Shown here: positions 38,591 through 51,029 of the stretch, in pieces | How positions within the stretch are numbered: the stretch's first letter is position 1 | Layout: each line of letters begins with the position of its first letter | Assembly: GCA_011109175.1 (NCBI GenBank) | Contig: RDEW01000017.1 | Location: 558,001-622,000, forward strand | DNA from: Dicyema japonicum | Taxonomy: Eukaryota; Animalia; Dicyemida | Length of the DNA stretch: 64,000 bases | Direction: 5' to 3' | Notes under the pieces: generated by a model | The model's database searches: none | Told to the model about the DNA's origin: nothing | The model's input: the letters and a program-made list of their open reading frames with translations, nothing else | Translations under genes and position numbers: made by a program

Positions 38591-39687
38591 TAATTTCATA
38601 CCCAAATACGGGAAAATAATTTTTTTTACAAAATAAGTTTTTTTAACAATTAAACACATGTCAGTTGAGGAAGCCTGCTGCGTGTATTGCGAACGAGTTC
38701 CCTCGGAGTATGGCTATTCCAATCTTTTGTCTTAGGAAAATAATTTAAATATTCTTTATCGTACGATATGTATGTTAAATGTGACAGCTGTCAGATTATA
38801 AATGACAGGTGATGGTAATCAGTCCAGCATGTCACATTTAAAAAAATCAACCTTCTAAAAATCCTAACTGGGCTATGAAAAATCGGGAATCATCCAGCAC
38901 TAAGTCGCTTTACTTGAATGTGTTGAGCTATGCATTTCTTATCCATGCGCTTCATGAAAGCCTACAGATGTTTACAAAATCGTAGCTACACAAAAAGGCT
39001 TTAGGGGTGACAGAGATGTGCTCTACGGACAAAAAGAACACGACAGCGACACCCTTCACAAAATGTATTAATAAAAGCAATTTATTACGTAGCAAATCAA
39101 TCAAAATAATCCAGTAGATAGGATGGAATGGCTGTTTTCCCTGACAACTGCCAGAGAAATCCTTTTGGACAACCAATAGTTTTACCGACGCTCGTTACTC
39201 ACTTCGATATCATATACTCAAGCTATCTTAGAAAGAGACCGTCTTGGGCCCTAGGACTCTGCTCGTCTCGACAACAACGGTCTTTACATAGAATCAGGTG
39301 GAGAATGTTATTATTATTTTATTAGTAACATTATAGAATTTCTAGAAAGCAGAAGATACAAGAGATCCATGCTATATTAGAGCCCTGGTCATGTTTCCCA
39401 TTTGAAGCTCCTTACATTAAATGAGCTACATCAAAAACCTGCTCAAAGAAGATAGCTTTTGATGACTCAGAGAGATATGATGTCTCCATTGACCGCTTAC
39501 AAGACAAAGATTGCATGTAGACTTGATGAGAACCACTGAAAATGTAGTTATGTGATTCAAAACATTATAGGCTCGGATTTGCTATTTACTCAAGATTGGC
39601 TACTGGAAACAACGAACTCGAATCCCTCATGAGCTTGACACTTTTTCCTAGCTCAAAGCATATGGTTTTCTATGTCAGGTCACAAGA

Positions 39688-42610
39688 TTATTATTATTAT
39701 TACCCCCAGGATCACTGGGTCAAAGAGAAAGAAATAAAAGTTCTCATCTAACTAAGTGATCCCAGACCGACAAAGGTGAGGACGAGTCCGGCGGGGTCGA
39801 GAATCCTGAACAGCTCTTCTCATAGGACATGGCATCGGCTCACAATTTCTGTATGATTGTAGATAATTCGATAGTATTTGGAATAGAGGGCAGCTCGGTA
39901 GAACAGCCTCCTTTAATAGTTTTCGTTGTATTTCAATTAAAAAATTTTCAATAGGTTGGATGTTGTGGTCTGGTCCAATTAACCTCATTGCAGTCTCCTC
40001 GATTGCAGATAACTTCAATGTGGAAGATCGTGACATTTGCATTGCCCATGAAGGACTTGCATACGTCATCGTTGGTCGGATGAATTGTTTGTATATCGTG
40101 GAAAGGATCCCAGTTTGATCTCTAAATAATTTTTGAGAGCACTTTTAAAATTCTTAATTTTTTCAGAGCAGAAGTTACTCTGTTTTCAACATGCCGGATA
40201 AAGGTGAGTCCCTGATCAAAGGTTACTCCCAGAATCTTCGGTGTTTTGTTAATAGAGATAGCTTCGTTCTTCATAAAGACTTTTGGTTCGATACAGAGCT
40301 GTCTCTTGTAGGTGGTAAACAGTGTGACAAAGGACTTTGCTGCTAATGTGTCAAGTCTCCGCTTCGAGAGCCATAGTTCCAAGTTGTCGAGCATTTGTTG
40401 AGCCAACTGAGTCGCTGATTGAATGTTTCTGTCCTTGGAGGCAAGAATGATATCGTCGGCATATGAGAGGATTAGATAGTTTTCATTACAGGTTTGTGGC
40501 ACGTCGTTTATGTAGAGATTGAAGAGTGGGGTGATAGTGGTGAGCCTTGAGGGACTCCATTTGGGAAATAGCGAGATCTTGATTTGATGTTGTTGCAGAG
40601 TACTTGTGCTCGTCTTCCATTTAGGAAGTTTCCAAGCCAAAGTTTCAGGTTCGGATGGATGTTGGTTTCATATATTTTCTTTGTTAGAGTTTCCTAGGGA
40701 CTGAGTCGAACGCTTTTGTGATGTCCACGGATATAAGTACTGTCCTCTGATGGGTTTGGGGAGTTAAATCCTTCCGCAATGAATTGTGTGAGGGTTGTAA
40801 GGTGTGTTGTCGTCGAATGGTTGTCCCGGAATCCGTGCTGGGTCGGAGGTATTGAGATTGAGTCTTGTATTTTTTCCAAAACAAGCCTTTCAAGGATCCT
40901 TGAGACCGGACTTAGAATAGATATTGGGCGATAGGAAGATGGTTCATCTATTGGTTTGTTGGGTTTTCGGATAGGTCTGATTAGAGACTTCTTCCATATT
41001 TCAGGGATTGTATTTGTGTTAATGGAGGTTGAATATATAGGCTAATAGTTCCAGGGCTCGATGGCCTAGGTGCTTCAGTTCACATGTGGTTATGTTGTCT
41101 GGTCCTTTGGCCTCTGAGTTGTTGGCCTTAGATATGGCTCTGCGAACATCCTGACTAGTAAATAGGATCCAGTTATCGGAGCGTTTCGGTTCAATCTTTT
41201 TCAGGAATACTTGGTGTTCTTTTGAAAACTTCCTGTAGGATATAGATGTGTAATATTTTATCAGAGTGTCTGGTTTTATGTAGACTTCGACTTTTCTCTC
41301 TGGGGAGGTTTTTTGATGTTTTTGATCCACTTCCACACTCTCTGCATTGGGGGATTTTGTAGAGAGCTTTCGATAGTCTCGTCCATCTATTTGCATTTTC
41401 TGTCTTTATGTTGTTGTCGATCTCTCTGTTCAATTCTCGTATTTTCCTGATGTTCTCTTCTGTTGGCGATTTTACCATCTTTAGATTATTTCGTTCTCTG
41501 ATCAGATGTTTCGTCGTTGTGTTAAAACGTTTTGATGACGTTGGTTGTCTCCCCATAGGAATGTACTTCTTTTTCGCATCGTTTATAATGGAGTTGAACC
41601 ATTTCACTAATTGTTCGACGGAGGGAAAAGTGGGGAAATTTAATAGTCCAATACAATTATCGACGTATTCCTTGAATCCTTTCCAATTCGCAAGGCTGTA
41701 GTTAGTTATTGTTGGGCATTGTCCTTTTATCCGTGACCTTGTTTTGACCTCCAAAAATATTGGGTTGTGGTCACTCCTGGTGTCATACTTCACTGACCAG
41801 TCAATAAGTGACCAATGAGATGTCGATAGAAGAAGGTTTATCATTACGTCGAGTAGGTGTTCTTGTATGAGATGCAGGATCGTTGAGTATACATAGGCTG
41901 TGGAGGTCCTCAATTATCATCTTCCCTCTTTTGTCGTAGGTTTGTCCTGTCAGCCACAGTGGGTGCTTCGCATTGAAGTCACCACAGATAATCACATCCT
42001 TAGTGACGCGAGTGAGGGGGCACTGGACGAGCAGGAACTCAGTGGTGGGAGATATGCACAATTATTGATAGTCTTGGGAATCGTATTTTGGTAACCAAAA
42101 GTTCGAGATTTCCATATCCTTTAAGCATAGTGTAAGCACTGTTGGTTTGTCCTCAAACGGAATGCCGTTGCGAATAACTGTGAGAAGACCCCCACCAAGT
42201 TTGCCAATTCTGTCACGGCGAATTACTGTGAATCCCGGAAATACTGGTGTTGAATTCTTTGGAGAAAGTTTAGATTCTTGAATTAGCAACAGATCAATGT
42301 GATTTTCTTTCACAAATGTCCGAAGTTCGAGTATTTTGTTCTTGATTCCATTTATGTTCAGTTGGACTATTCTGGCTGGTCCAGGGTTTGCCTCAACGTC
42401 TCCGCAGCGGCGCAGGCCTTCCTTATTGGTCCACCCGTGAAGATAGGGGAAAGTGTGGTTCTTTTTTTCAAATGCCACCACGTCGTCGGCGAGCACATGA
42501 CTTTTTTTTTCACAAGAGAAAGAAAAGATATGGGACTTTCATCCATCATCAGGCAAAAAAGAGGTACGTCAACACCTCAACCTTCCAACCAATCAACTAA
42601 TTGGCTGACA
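39688..42610 (-). mobile_element. Full-length, frameshifted I-group (Ingi/Vingi-like) LINE family A: 2A peptide, APE, RT, no RNase H
   Basis: CGDVEANPGP; QLNING; QESK; GDFNAKH; SDH; QHGFR; DITKAFD; YADD; (TAA)n tail at ~39688-39702. Confidence 0.9.
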
Positions 42611-42731
42611 CAAATATTGAAAATAAAATTCTATGTAGTTTCAAATTTATTTGATTAACTTAATAAAATAAAATAATAATTATATTTAAAATAACACATG
42701 AGATAATTTATTTTCGTTTAAACGTGTGCGG

Positions 42732-43306
42732 ATGGATAACAGAAATGTCGGAATGTTTAACTTTCCGTCATATATGGGAGGGAATGTCTCAAATATCAAT
42801 CAAACGGGAGCTCCAATGGCGTCTCCTTATCTCAATGTAAATCCTCGGCATCTCAACTACGAACCGGAGTTTATTCTCCCTCAGGGAGCCAAGAGACAAA
42901 GAGGACGTTTGGAAATGTCATTTACCCAAATTGGAGGGTCTATAATTACAGGGGCTACCTTTGGAGGGATGAAGGGACTTGTTGGAGGATTGAACCAGGC
43001 TAAAGGAGAGACTGGAAAAGTGATGAGGGTAACCGTCGTCAATCACATTGCCAAAATGGGGGCTTCCTACGCTCAGTCTCTGGATGTGTGGCCCTACTTT
43101 ACAGCACTTTAGGGAGCATCATGTTTTACTCTCGTGATGTAGAGGATCAATGGAATACTCTGGGGGCAGGAGTCGCAACTGGTACTATCTTCCGGTCCCC
43201 GCGTGGAATAAAAGGATCCTTGATTGGAGGGACAGTTGGTGGTATCATTGCCTTGGCTGTTGTCGGATGGAATCATTTTGATGATATCCGTAGTTCTATA
43301 TTCTGA
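42732..43306 (+). CDS. TIMM23: Mitochondrial import inner membrane translocase Tim23 (intronless; 1-nt apparent deletion at ~43082)
   Basis: SPYLNVNP..PEFILPQGAKRQRGRLEMSFTQIGG; DDxN-like EDQWNTLGAGVATGTIFRS; frames 42726-43112 and 43088-43306 join as YAQSLGCVALLYS if one G is restored. Confidence 0.93.
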
Positions 43307-43364
43307 CGTTAACATCATTTTTAACACTTAAAATATAATTGTTACTGTTGATTTATTCTTAGGC

Positions 43365-43625
43365 TCTTCCTATGGAAAATAGTTGTCTTGGACGCCACTT
43401 ATGTGGATGGCTTATTACCCAACTCTACGATTACGGTCATTCACCCAGAGCCGAAATTCTTAGAGAAAAAATACATGACGTTAGGAGGACAGTTTGTTTT
43501 CAAAACCCGTCGCAGTCGAATCCAAATCACTTTTTTTCCTACGTTCCTTCGGATCGTTGATAGCAAAAAGAAGGAGGGGTGGATGATTGAGCGCATTTCG
43601 AGAATCCTGCTATAGATTCCTACTA
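43365..43625 (+). mobile_element. CRE-like RLE remnant
   Basis: LDATYVD..KKYMTLGGQFVF..WMIERIS, homologous to 50201-50383. Confidence 0.7.
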
Positions 43626-44999
43626 TTCTATGACACATTTCAAGTTCATGTTAAATTAATTATTTTTCTTATAGACATTTCTAGCATACTGTGTTTACTG
43701 CAGCAACAAATTTTTGCATAGATATTTTTAATATCATACCCACAAAATATTCTGGGTAACCTTCAATGTACAAACATGCCTCTCATGGCTTTTAGATAAT
43801 GTGTCGGCAGACAAGCAGTCGTCTGAACTGAGGAGTGTGGAACAGTAGTCAACTTGTTAAAACAGAGAAATTTGCCCGTTACGTTGTACAGTTTTCCGTC
43901 GATCGCGAGCTTTTGTGGGCCCAAAGAAGAAACGCCGAACAAATCTGATGGCACTATTGGGATGTGGCGGGATCACGTACCTAACTATTTCTGGTCTTTT
44001 AATGATGTTTTTCGTAGTAATTCAACTGTCATTTTAGATCTCTCTGGATCCATTTCTCAGGCAACAAAACAGATCTGTCTATAAGTCAGCAGTAAAAGGC
44101 GCAGAATCTTGCAAACACAGCAAGGGGACGCTTCTACAAATTTTTATATGAGGAACGATGTGACGACATGAAAGGGGTGAATACTTTAAAAGAATATAAG
44201 AGATTCTTAGCTGTGTACTGTGGAACATCCACAGTCAGTTTAAGGAGTTTTTTTCATCGTGTTCTGATAGAATAACATTTTATGAGATGTCTCGATGCAG
44301 GCTTCTTATTTTGCTGAATCAAAGCGTTTTAAGAGAATTTTAGGTTTTCAAGCAGTCGGTTGTAAGGGTAAGCAGATGGAATAATTATATACCACAAAGT
44401 TCCCTCTGCCTTAATAAAGATAGCTTTTTATGACAAAATAAAGGAATTCCGTTTTTATGTAACCGCTGATCTAGATGTGGGTCACCTCTTAGTAGCTAGA
44501 AATCAACGCTAGCAGCATAAAGACCATCTCCCATAACCCATTGACCCTTCCTTCACCGCATAACCTTCTAGCTTTTTTCAGAGGGGGCATTAAGCTTTCA
44601 TAAGTATTTTTCAATGATTGTAGTTCCTTTCCCAAAATCAGTCATAATTGTCATGGGTAGTAATGATTATTATAAAGTTTTTTTTAAATCAAAAAAAAGT
44701 TTTCTGTAGCTTCCTTCTGTGCCTTTACACTTTATAACATACAAAAGAGGCAAAAATCATTATTACTTCATGAATAGTGTACGGTTGATTAAAACAGTCT
44801 TTGGATACCAAAATTTTATAGTAAAAAACAATTGAAGATTTATTAGTAAAAATGATGATTTTATCTAAATTGTCTTCAGAAACAGTTCACTGACGTTGTC
44901 GATCTGTATTTAGTAGATATCATCATTGGTCTATGCCAGGTATGTAAACTCAATTAAATAAATTACAAGACTACTACAACGGCTATATTACACAAACGC

Positions 45000-45830
45000 T
45001 CCACATGCGGTGTTTTTTGGTTCAATAAATTTAAGAATCTGGATTGGAAAAATTACTTCAAAATCAAGACTACTCCCTAATGGGGTCCCACAAGGCTCCC
45101 CTCTGTCTCCTTTATTTAACTTATTTCTATGCGATTTACCTACTATCAAAGATCAGGACACTTATGTTTTTATCTTACACGGACGACCTGATTATTGCTG
45201 CAAGGGACAAATCTCCCTCCAGGGCTATGGCGGTGGTTCAGTCACATCGCAACCAGGTGTGTGTCTGGCTATCTATGAATTTGGTGTCTGTGTCTGCATC
45301 AGGGTCTCAGTTCACCCTATTCCTCGGAAACATTCCCATCTCTTATACGCGAATCCAGAAGATCCCTGGAGTGACATTCGACTCTCTTATGACATTCTCC
45401 TGTCACAGGGAGGAAGTGTTAACGAAGATTCTTCGAAAATGGAACGTCTTAAAAGTCATCATAAAAAAGAGCCCTTTCCCACCAACTGCTTGTATCAGCA
45501 AATTATATTTTCAAGTCATTGATAGTCGTTAGCGCGCATCATGTGGTTCGCCATTCCTGGTGACGCCAACTGTGGAATTAGTCACAGAGTAAAAAAATCA
45601 TTTGCTCACTCCAATCCAAGAAGAATGTCTTTCTTGGACGGCTCTCTCATAGTATTGTGCCGAAGATTGAATATGTCTGTTCTACTTGGAGATTCGTTAT
45701 TCCCTCTACGAGAGTCGAGCGTATGAACTCTTTCAGACGGAAGATTATGCAGCATTTGCAATCAGACACCATATCCATCCCCAGTCTCCTTTCAGAGGAG
45801 GTAACGGTGAGAAATGGCCAAATATAAAAA
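45000..45830 (+). mobile_element. I-group LINE RT remnant
   Basis: SRLLPNGVPQGSPLSPLFNLFL; SYTDD; KIPGVTFD. Confidence 0.8.
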
Positions 45831-46689
45831 TTGTAATCATTTTTTAAGATTATCAAATTACTCTTTAGTTTTTGTTTGTCCTGTGGTGCCTCTTTTTCAT
45901 TTCCACAAGATACAAATTATTATGTTTCAAAAATTGTTGAAATTTCAAGTATCGAGAAACAATTTCAGTGTCATGTTATGGATGTGAGCGCCCAGTGCTC
46001 CGCCAAACACGTAGAAGCATTCACCTTGTAGGACAGTATCGTTGTTCTGGGAACGTTCGTATATAAGGGGGAGCCTATAGTTTAAGCGTATGAACGTCTT
46101 CTGACATGTAAAACGTTCATAACCGCGACCTTTTAATTTAAAGCCATTGAAAAAAAACGACTGCTTTTCTTTGGTGGTCTCATTTTAATGACACGGTCCG
46201 CCCCAATGTCATCAAATCCCTCTGGGAGTAGTTTAAAAACCAGAAAACATAACGGGAGACCTTGTGCGTAGAAAGCACAATAGTCAATTTTCTGTATACA
46301 AAACCAAGGCTTAGTGTGGTGACGTTTTTGTTAATTTATACGCAGACAGAAATTCCATCCCTCGTCGATGAACTCAAAGTATGGCACATTAAAAAAACAA
46401 AAATAAGATTGTCCGTTACTAGAAAAGTCGAGGAAGACTGCAATCAAGATAGCTCTCCGAAAACGACTCAATGAGACCCATAATGATGGTTAAGATCGAC
46501 TAGTGATTCTGATTGAGGAAATTGTGGAGATGTCGAACTAACTCAAAAAGCGTACCCTTCGTCTCCTACTGTACAAAGTGCAAAGATAGGATGATACTGG
46601 AGAAGAGTTCAAACCATGGCAAGACTCGTAAAAAGAAAACCTCCACGAATATACCTCCTTTATATTCTTTCCTAGGTAATAAAAGTCAT

Positions 46690-46947
46690 CATCTTTAAAA
46701 TCTTCTAAATAAGGCTGGTGAGGTCAACAAAGGTCTCAGTATGCTTCATTCTTAAAATATGTTACATCCAGTTCCGCCGATCGGAATAAAACGTATTCTT
46801 GCCCAGCAGGCATTGGTTGTTTCCTGAGTTAGGTGGATCCAATGACGCCTCTAAAAATTGAAGGAAAAAGCCTAAAGGAAACCTTTCAAGTTGGAATCGA
46901 TCCCAAAACTATATGCGTCAGCACTAATCACTATACCACCTGGCCCG
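46690..46947 (-). mobile_element. SINE-like family 2 copy with tRNA-like head
   Basis: Minus strand A-box-like TGGTATAGTGA, B-box-like GGATCGATTCC, then GGCGTCATTGGATCCACC. Confidence 0.65.
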
Positions 46948-47374
46948 TATGTTCCATCTACATCTTAAATAACTCCCCCACATCATAGATGAATTATGTG
47001 GTGTAATAATTTTCTAAATTTTTTTATACCAACTTGACATAAAATTGATGTTTTGTATTGATACGTACCCATTGCTATATTAAAGGTAAACCTGATTACT
47101 ACTAATGTTGTGGTACCCCCTTTTTAGGAGCGTCACCAAATTTTGCATCATCTTATACTATTCTCCAGTTTATCAAAAAATTAAACATGATTTTCTTCAG
47201 GATTTCGGATAGTCCGAACATATGAATAAATCCCAGATGCCGCCACATCTCTGCGTAACTTCTGAAAAAATTGACCTGAGATGTTTTCGAAGCAAATACT
47301 CGGTGTTTGAGAGGCCGAAGATAATAAATCACCCGAACGGTAAACCACCGACTTTTATTAATAAATTTAAATCA

Positions 47375-48434
47375 TCACAATTTGCTTAAAACTTCCCCCA
47401 ATTCTTTCATTTTTGAAGCATAATGAGAGACAATGACTCCAGATTTATGTTGTGGATTATCAAAGTCATTATAGTTGACTTTATTCATGTCAAAATCCAC
47501 CATCTGAGCTCCAGTAGCCCTCACAATGGCATTGGGGGCGCATAAATCCCATTTTTTATTGTCGTTTTGTGAATGTAAAAGTCTGTGTCCCCCCTCAACA
47601 CACTCAAAGTCTTAAACCCTAGTAAATTAGTAAAACCACCCCAAACCGCTTCCCCCTGTCTTTATCACTTTAACATTCAAGGCTACTTTTCCGAAAGCCT
47701 CAATCACCTTGGTCTCTGATTCGTTTGAGTGAGATCTCGACATCATTACTCTCTGTGGAGTTCCCTCGGGGACAAATAGGATATTACTATTCCTTTTTCC
47801 ATCCAAAGTAATGTACCCCCAATCTAAGCAATCAGAAAATGAACAACATAATCTTCTGTCAGGTACTTCAAATGGATTTATCAAAATTCCAATAATTGGT
47901 TCTCCCTCGTGTACAACACATCCCATCACGCTAACACATTTTAGTAAATCACCCCCCTCTAGTTATATTTCAAAAGATTCAACCTGTGAATTCCTGTGTG
48001 GCATCTAAGGGATCTATCCAAATCTGAAGACTTTTGTGAGAATAAAATTCTTCAGGAATATCAATGAATGGACAAAACGTGGGTTCTGAATTGGGTTGGA
48101 CCTCTTTGACATGTTCCTCTTCAGTGATCACCTTGATTTTATTTTTGAATGGTAGTGAGGATAAAATATGATTATTTGAGTCCAAATCAACAGAAGTAAC
48201 TGGCTGGGCAAATCCATCAGAGGGTTCTTTGGAATCCTTCGTAAATGTCTTGGAGTTGAGGACCTGTTTTGATCCTGCTTCAAGCGCATTTAAAAGTGAG
48301 CACAAAAGTTGTCTGTTACTGACTTCGTTTACTTCATACTTAAAGTTGGAGGCTGAAACTTTCAATAAAAGTGCGATTGCTATCAATGCCAGTATTTTAA
48401 ACTTTTTGCTCTTAAATATATTCGAAAATAACAT
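47375..48434 (-). CDS. IMPAD1: Golgi-resident PAP phosphatase (IMPAD1/BPNT2/gPAPP), two tiny introns (25 and 28 nt)
   Basis: N-terminal TM anchor; ITEEE; IWIDPLDATQEFT; SRSH; GGSG; KKWDLCAPNAI; stop at 47375-47377. Confidence 0.9.
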
Positions 48435-48534
48435 ATCAAACTAAAATATTCAATTTTATAAATGAAATTAATTTATCTAAAATATATTAATAAACATAAA
48501 AAATTTAGCCCGAAACTTTCTCTGTTTTTTTAAA

Positions 48535-49838
48535 TAATATTTTAATGCATTAACAAACATCTACAACACATCGCTGAACAGAAATACCATACCGACTTTG
48601 TGGAAACTATCAAAAATTCGACCAATATTGAAGCCGGGAAGACCGAAGAACGATCCCGGCTCTTACAGACCAGTTTCCCTTATATGTGTTTTTGTCGAGA
48701 TCCTGGAGAAACTGGTCCTAAAAGTTATTCGCCCTTTTCTCCCACAAAGTACATTCCAACATGGCTTCAAGGAAGGATTATCAACAACCTCCTTCCTAAC
48801 AACATTAATAGAATAACTGAAGGACACAAGAACAAGCCAAAACAGGAAAAATCGGTCATATGTACGATCGATATTCAAAAAGCTTTCGACTCTGTCCCAA
48901 GGAAGATCCTCATACGAAAAATATTTTTGACAAAAATTGATGCACCATTAAAGTTATGGTTAGCAAATTTCGTAAGTGGACGCCGAGGGAAAGTATCCGT
49001 CGGAAACAAGAGTTCCAGATCGGGATTATTACCCAATGGTGTACCCCAAGGATCTCCTCTGTCACCAATCCTTTTTAATTTGTTTTTGAGTGATCTCCCC
49101 GTACCTATGAATAATAATGACATACTACTTTCCTATGCCGATGACATAGTTGTCGCATCTAGAGACGTAAACGTCGAACATGCTAAGGAAAGACTACAAG
49201 GAATACTAAATAATATTTGGATGGTTGTGCGAGAATCGATTAAATGCATGTTCCGAAAAGTCAGCAGTCACTCTATTTACTAAGAATAGAAAGATGGGAA
49301 TGCAAACAATTGATGTCACGTTAAATGGAGTACCTATACCCAAAAGAATCGCAGAAGATACTGGGAGTAACTTTTGATACTTTCCTCTGCTTCTCAGCCC
49401 ATGTGGAATCTATCATATCAACCTGTGCAAAGAAGATCAATTTTGTAAAGGCCTTCCTTTGGAACTGTGGAGGAATTTATCCGCCAGGTATCGGGACCCT
49501 CTACAAGCAGTATGTCGAGCCAACAATAGGCTATGCATGTGCTGCATGGGGATCTAACCTGTCGGCAACGAACCTAACAAAAATTCAAGATATCCAGTCA
49601 AGAGCAAAAAAGTTACTAGAAAAATATACAGATAAAGAAATTGCCCCCAGAGCACTCGAGTCTATCATAGAGGCAACTGGAGGCAATTTCAGAAGAGAAA
49701 AGGAAAAAGACCCCGTCCGTATAGAAAATGCGTGGGATCACAGTCGGAGCATCGAGAAAAAATGGCCCGATTATTGAGAGATGCCGGGATCACCTGAATA
49801 TTAGTTATTGGTTAAGACGGTGTTTCTTATAAATAATA
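48535..49838 (+). mobile_element. I-group LINE family B, 5' truncated
   Basis: WK..KPG..SYRPVSL; QHGF; DIQKAFD; PQGSPLSP; YADD; 3' UTR shared with 37360-37430. Confidence 0.92.
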
Positions 49839-49839
49839 A

Positions 49840-50385
49840 AAGAAGAGATTAGAGAATTCTCGACCCCGTCGGACTCTTCCTCTCCCTTGTCGGTATGACA
49901 TCACTTAGTTAGTTGAGAACTTTTACTTTTTTCTCTTTGACCTAGTAATCCTTGGGTAATAATCCCAAAACAACCTATATCAAAGTGTCTCAAGAACCTT
50001 CTCGCCCCCAAGAAGACCGAAAATACGATGTTCCACTCGCAGTAAAAATATCCGGTTCCATTGAGCCTTTGACGCTTGAATTCCTGAGTCGACTAGGGAA
50101 CCGGATTTCGACACGCACTGGAGATAAAGTAATTAACGATGTGTCAAGAGTTTTTGATGCAGCAAAATACATAAAGTGCTGTGTCTCCAACTACTAAAAA
50201 TTGCTAGACTACTTTATTAACGCCACCTGTGTCGATAGTCTCTCTCCCTCAATTATAGCAACTGACCCAGGCTCTGCTTCGGAGAAGGCTAAGACCCTAA
50301 AGATAAAAAAATACGCATGTCTTGGTGGACAATTCATCTTTGAACCAGTGGAAGTCGAAACGACAGGAATCATTGGAAGTTAATT
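49840..50385 (+). mobile_element. Family A 3' tail (49840-49962) followed by scrambled CRE-like RLE pieces
   Basis: TCACTTAGTTAGTTGAGAAC tail; EFLSRLGNRIST; ATCVDSL..KIKKYACLGGQFIFEPVEVETTG. Confidence 0.75.
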
Positions 50386-50489
50386 AATATTTAAAGAAAA
50401 TTAATATGAACTTTTTGTACATAAAATTCTTTGCATTTTAACTGCAACCTAATTTACCATTAATTTGTAGATTAATTTTTAATACCTCT

Positions 50490-50755
50490 CCTCTTTTCCA
50501 ATAGAGTGGCGTCATGTGATCCACTGGTACCTCGAGCTTGGGTGGCACAGAAGAAAATCATTTCTCTCCATCACTCCACTGGAAAGGGCCCCACAACTGC
50601 AAGGAATGGACGTCTTCTACCTTTTATGCTGGTTCTGGATGTACTTGTGTGACATTGGAAGGACTCTGATTTTGTGACAGTGGAAAGAGCATACACTTAA
50701 TTAGCTGTTCACTGTTAACTTCCTTCTCGGTGTATACGGGGTTAATAATAATTTA
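50490..50755 (+). mobile_element. SINE-like family 2 copy
   Basis: GTGGCGTCATGTGATCCAC core; TAA tail; aligns with 59920-60135 and the reverse complement of 27700-27850. Confidence 0.78.
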
Positions 50756-51029
50756 AGACACGAGTTGAATAAAATATAGCTTGCACGTGTGAGACCTACT
50801 ATGTTGTCGAGTTATGAAAGAGTACCAATTCGTAATTATAAAATCTACGGATAATTTCTTCATACGCATACAGCTAATAAAAGCCAACTTGAAATCCCAA
50901 AGTCAGGATGGTTTATAAACATGTCTGAAGATAAATGAAAAAAAGTTATTTTATGTTCTCAAAGCGACTTTTTATTAAATTGAAGCAAGAAGATTGGTTG
51001 AACTGGTGACATTCCTCTCTAGCTATGTC

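Noticed and set aside
42510-42560. Minimal hammerhead (CTGATGA-tggat-GAAA) at the 5' end of the 2A-LINE
   Set aside because: No paired stem II or stem I can be drawn.
47000-47330. MULE transposase remnant (also 61300-61790)
   Set aside because: Only faint, broken motif resemblance; cannot be supported without a search.
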